A DNA stretch of 64,000 bases from Raja brachyura. Lineage: Eukaryota. The position numbers were made by a program, and so were the translations under genes. Below the pieces are notes generated by a model. That model was not told the DNA's origin. It saw nothing but the letters and a program-made list of their open reading frames with translations, and made no database searches. Of this stretch, positions 62,640 through 64,000 are shown piece after piece. Numbering within the stretch: the stretch's first letter is position 1; each line of letters opens with the position of its first letter. The stretch covers positions 41,974,001 to 42,038,000 of the forward strand of contig OY740794.1 in NCBI GenBank assembly GCA_963514005.1. Direction: 5' to 3'.

Positions 62640-62892
62640 GTGCAGTTTCATACCATTTCAAGTGCAGTTTCATACCATTTCAAGCAGGTGCAAGGCCACC
62701 AAATTCAAGTGCAGGTTCCTACCATTTCATGCAGGGTGCAAGGTCACCAAATACAAATGCATTTTCATACCATTTCAAGCAGGGTTCAAGGCCACCAAAT
62801 TCAAGTGCAGTTTCCTACCATTTCAAGCAGGGTGCAAGGCCACCAAATTCAAGTGCCGTTTCCTACCATTTCAAGCAGAATGCAAGGCCACT
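62640..62892. repeat. 48-bp tandem repeat related to the 41-bp satellite
   Basis: atttcaagcagggtgcaaggccaccaaattcaagtgcagtttcctacc, about 5 copies. Confidence 0.9.
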
Positions 62893-63216
62893 AAGTACAG
62901 AGATTTGAGACCTTTCCTTGCTCCATCTTGCTGAGACTGAGCCATGCCCACACTTTCATATAGTCCCTTAGTTTTATAGTCCCTTCCGCCCCTCCCACCA
63001 GAAGGGGTGTGGCCTTCATGATGTGATTGACAGGAGAGAGAATCTCAACATTTTTTAACACTAATAACTTGTATTTTTCATTGATGGTAAAAATCCTCGG
63101 TACCTGATGAGTGGATGGGGACTGAGTAAGATGGCCAAAAAATCACAGCCATACATGGTAGCGTTTTTTCAAAAATCAATATACAGTGAAGACAGGAAGT
63201 GGTCAAGATTAGGCTT

Positions 63217-63470
63217 TAACTTTTCAATTGGGCAAGGCAACTTTTCAATTGGGCAAGGCAACTTTTCAATTGGGCAAGGCAACTTTTCAATTGGGCAAGG
63301 CAACTTTTCAATTGGGCAACGCAACTTTTCAATTGGGCAAGGCAACTTTTCAATTGGGCAGGGCAACTTTTCAATTGGACAAGGCAACTTTAGCATTTTC
63401 AGACCATAGGCAACTTTAGCATTTTCAAACCAAAGGCAACTTTAGCATTTTCAAACTACATTTTCAAACC
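63217..63470. repeat. 21-bp minisatellite (aacttttcaattgggcaaggc)n grading into a ~26-bp variant
   Basis: About 8 near-perfect copies, then ggcaactttagcattttca.. units. Confidence 0.93.
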
Positions 63471-64000
63471 ACATTTAGGGCACTCACATGTCAGTAAAAC
63501 CACTCACAGTTTAGTAGACATGAGTTCAGTGTTATTCACAGCTCAGATTGAGAGTTGTGACCTCTCACTCCCCCATCTTGCAGAGAACTGAGGCACCTCC
63601 ACATTTCCGGGATTTTTAGTCCCACACCCTCCCAGCAGAAGGGGCGTGTCCAAGTGGTCAAAATCAGAGTTTTAATTAAATAGTTATATTTGTCATATTG
63701 TTTACTGAGTACTATGTTCGCCTATTCTGTTGTGCTGCTTTAAATAAGAATTTCATTGTTCTGTCTGGGACATATGGCAATAAAAAACTCTTGACTCTTG
63801 GGAGTGTGAGGGTGTATAGATTGGTGCGGCGTGGGTTTAAGTTTCTGATGGAATTAACGTATATAATAGTCCGTCTTCAGGGATTGAAAATATTGATTTT
63901 GGAATGGGGGATCCATCAATTTTTTATGAAATTGGGATTTCATGTCACACAAGGAGAGAGAGTTGGGGAATTGTCTAAAGCTTTATGACTCTGTTTATAT

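Larger units (their letters stand above)
62604..63684 (-). mobile_element. Second Helitron-like copy carrying 48-bp and 21-bp arrays
   Basis: Same terminus ctag..ctaagtgggacccgttggg (second hairpin arm partly lost), next to (ta)n. Other end reads ctatttaattaaaactctg on the minus strand. Confidence 0.7.

Noticed and set aside
58455-63470. CRISPR-like arrays or repeat-protein ORFs (58246-58875, 62623-62934, 63107-63419)
   Set aside because: These are pure tandem repeats without unique spacers in eukaryotic DNA. The ORFs stay open because unit lengths (30, 48, 21) are multiples of 3.

Overview
Eukaryotic, repeat-dense DNA with no host protein-coding exon that I can recognise. The repeat repertoire (V-domain/HE1-type SINEs, CR1 with an SGNH-esterase ORF1, Rex1-type LINE tails, Penelope fragments) points to a cartilaginous fish, probably a skate or ray; this is an inference. 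The window holds three DIRS (tyrosine-recombinase) retrotransposons, CR1, L1, Tx1, Rex1, Vingi-like and Penelope pieces, old Gypsy relics, a PIF/Harbinger MITE, an unclassified DNA transposon with a 7-bp TSD, two Helitron-like elements carrying satellite arrays, and an assembly gap. The most notable item is a full-span DIRS (31551-36463) whose ITRs and ICR are almost perfectly complementary while its ORFs are decayed, and which carries a U6 snRNA-derived insert in its gag region plus an extra copy of its own circle-junction sequence. Also notable are many 95-250 bp Penelope-derived insertions centred on a minimal hammerhead ribozyme motif, and Helitron-like elements that appear to spread satellites. 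Family assignments come from motif recognition by eye; boundaries of degenerate elements are approximate.
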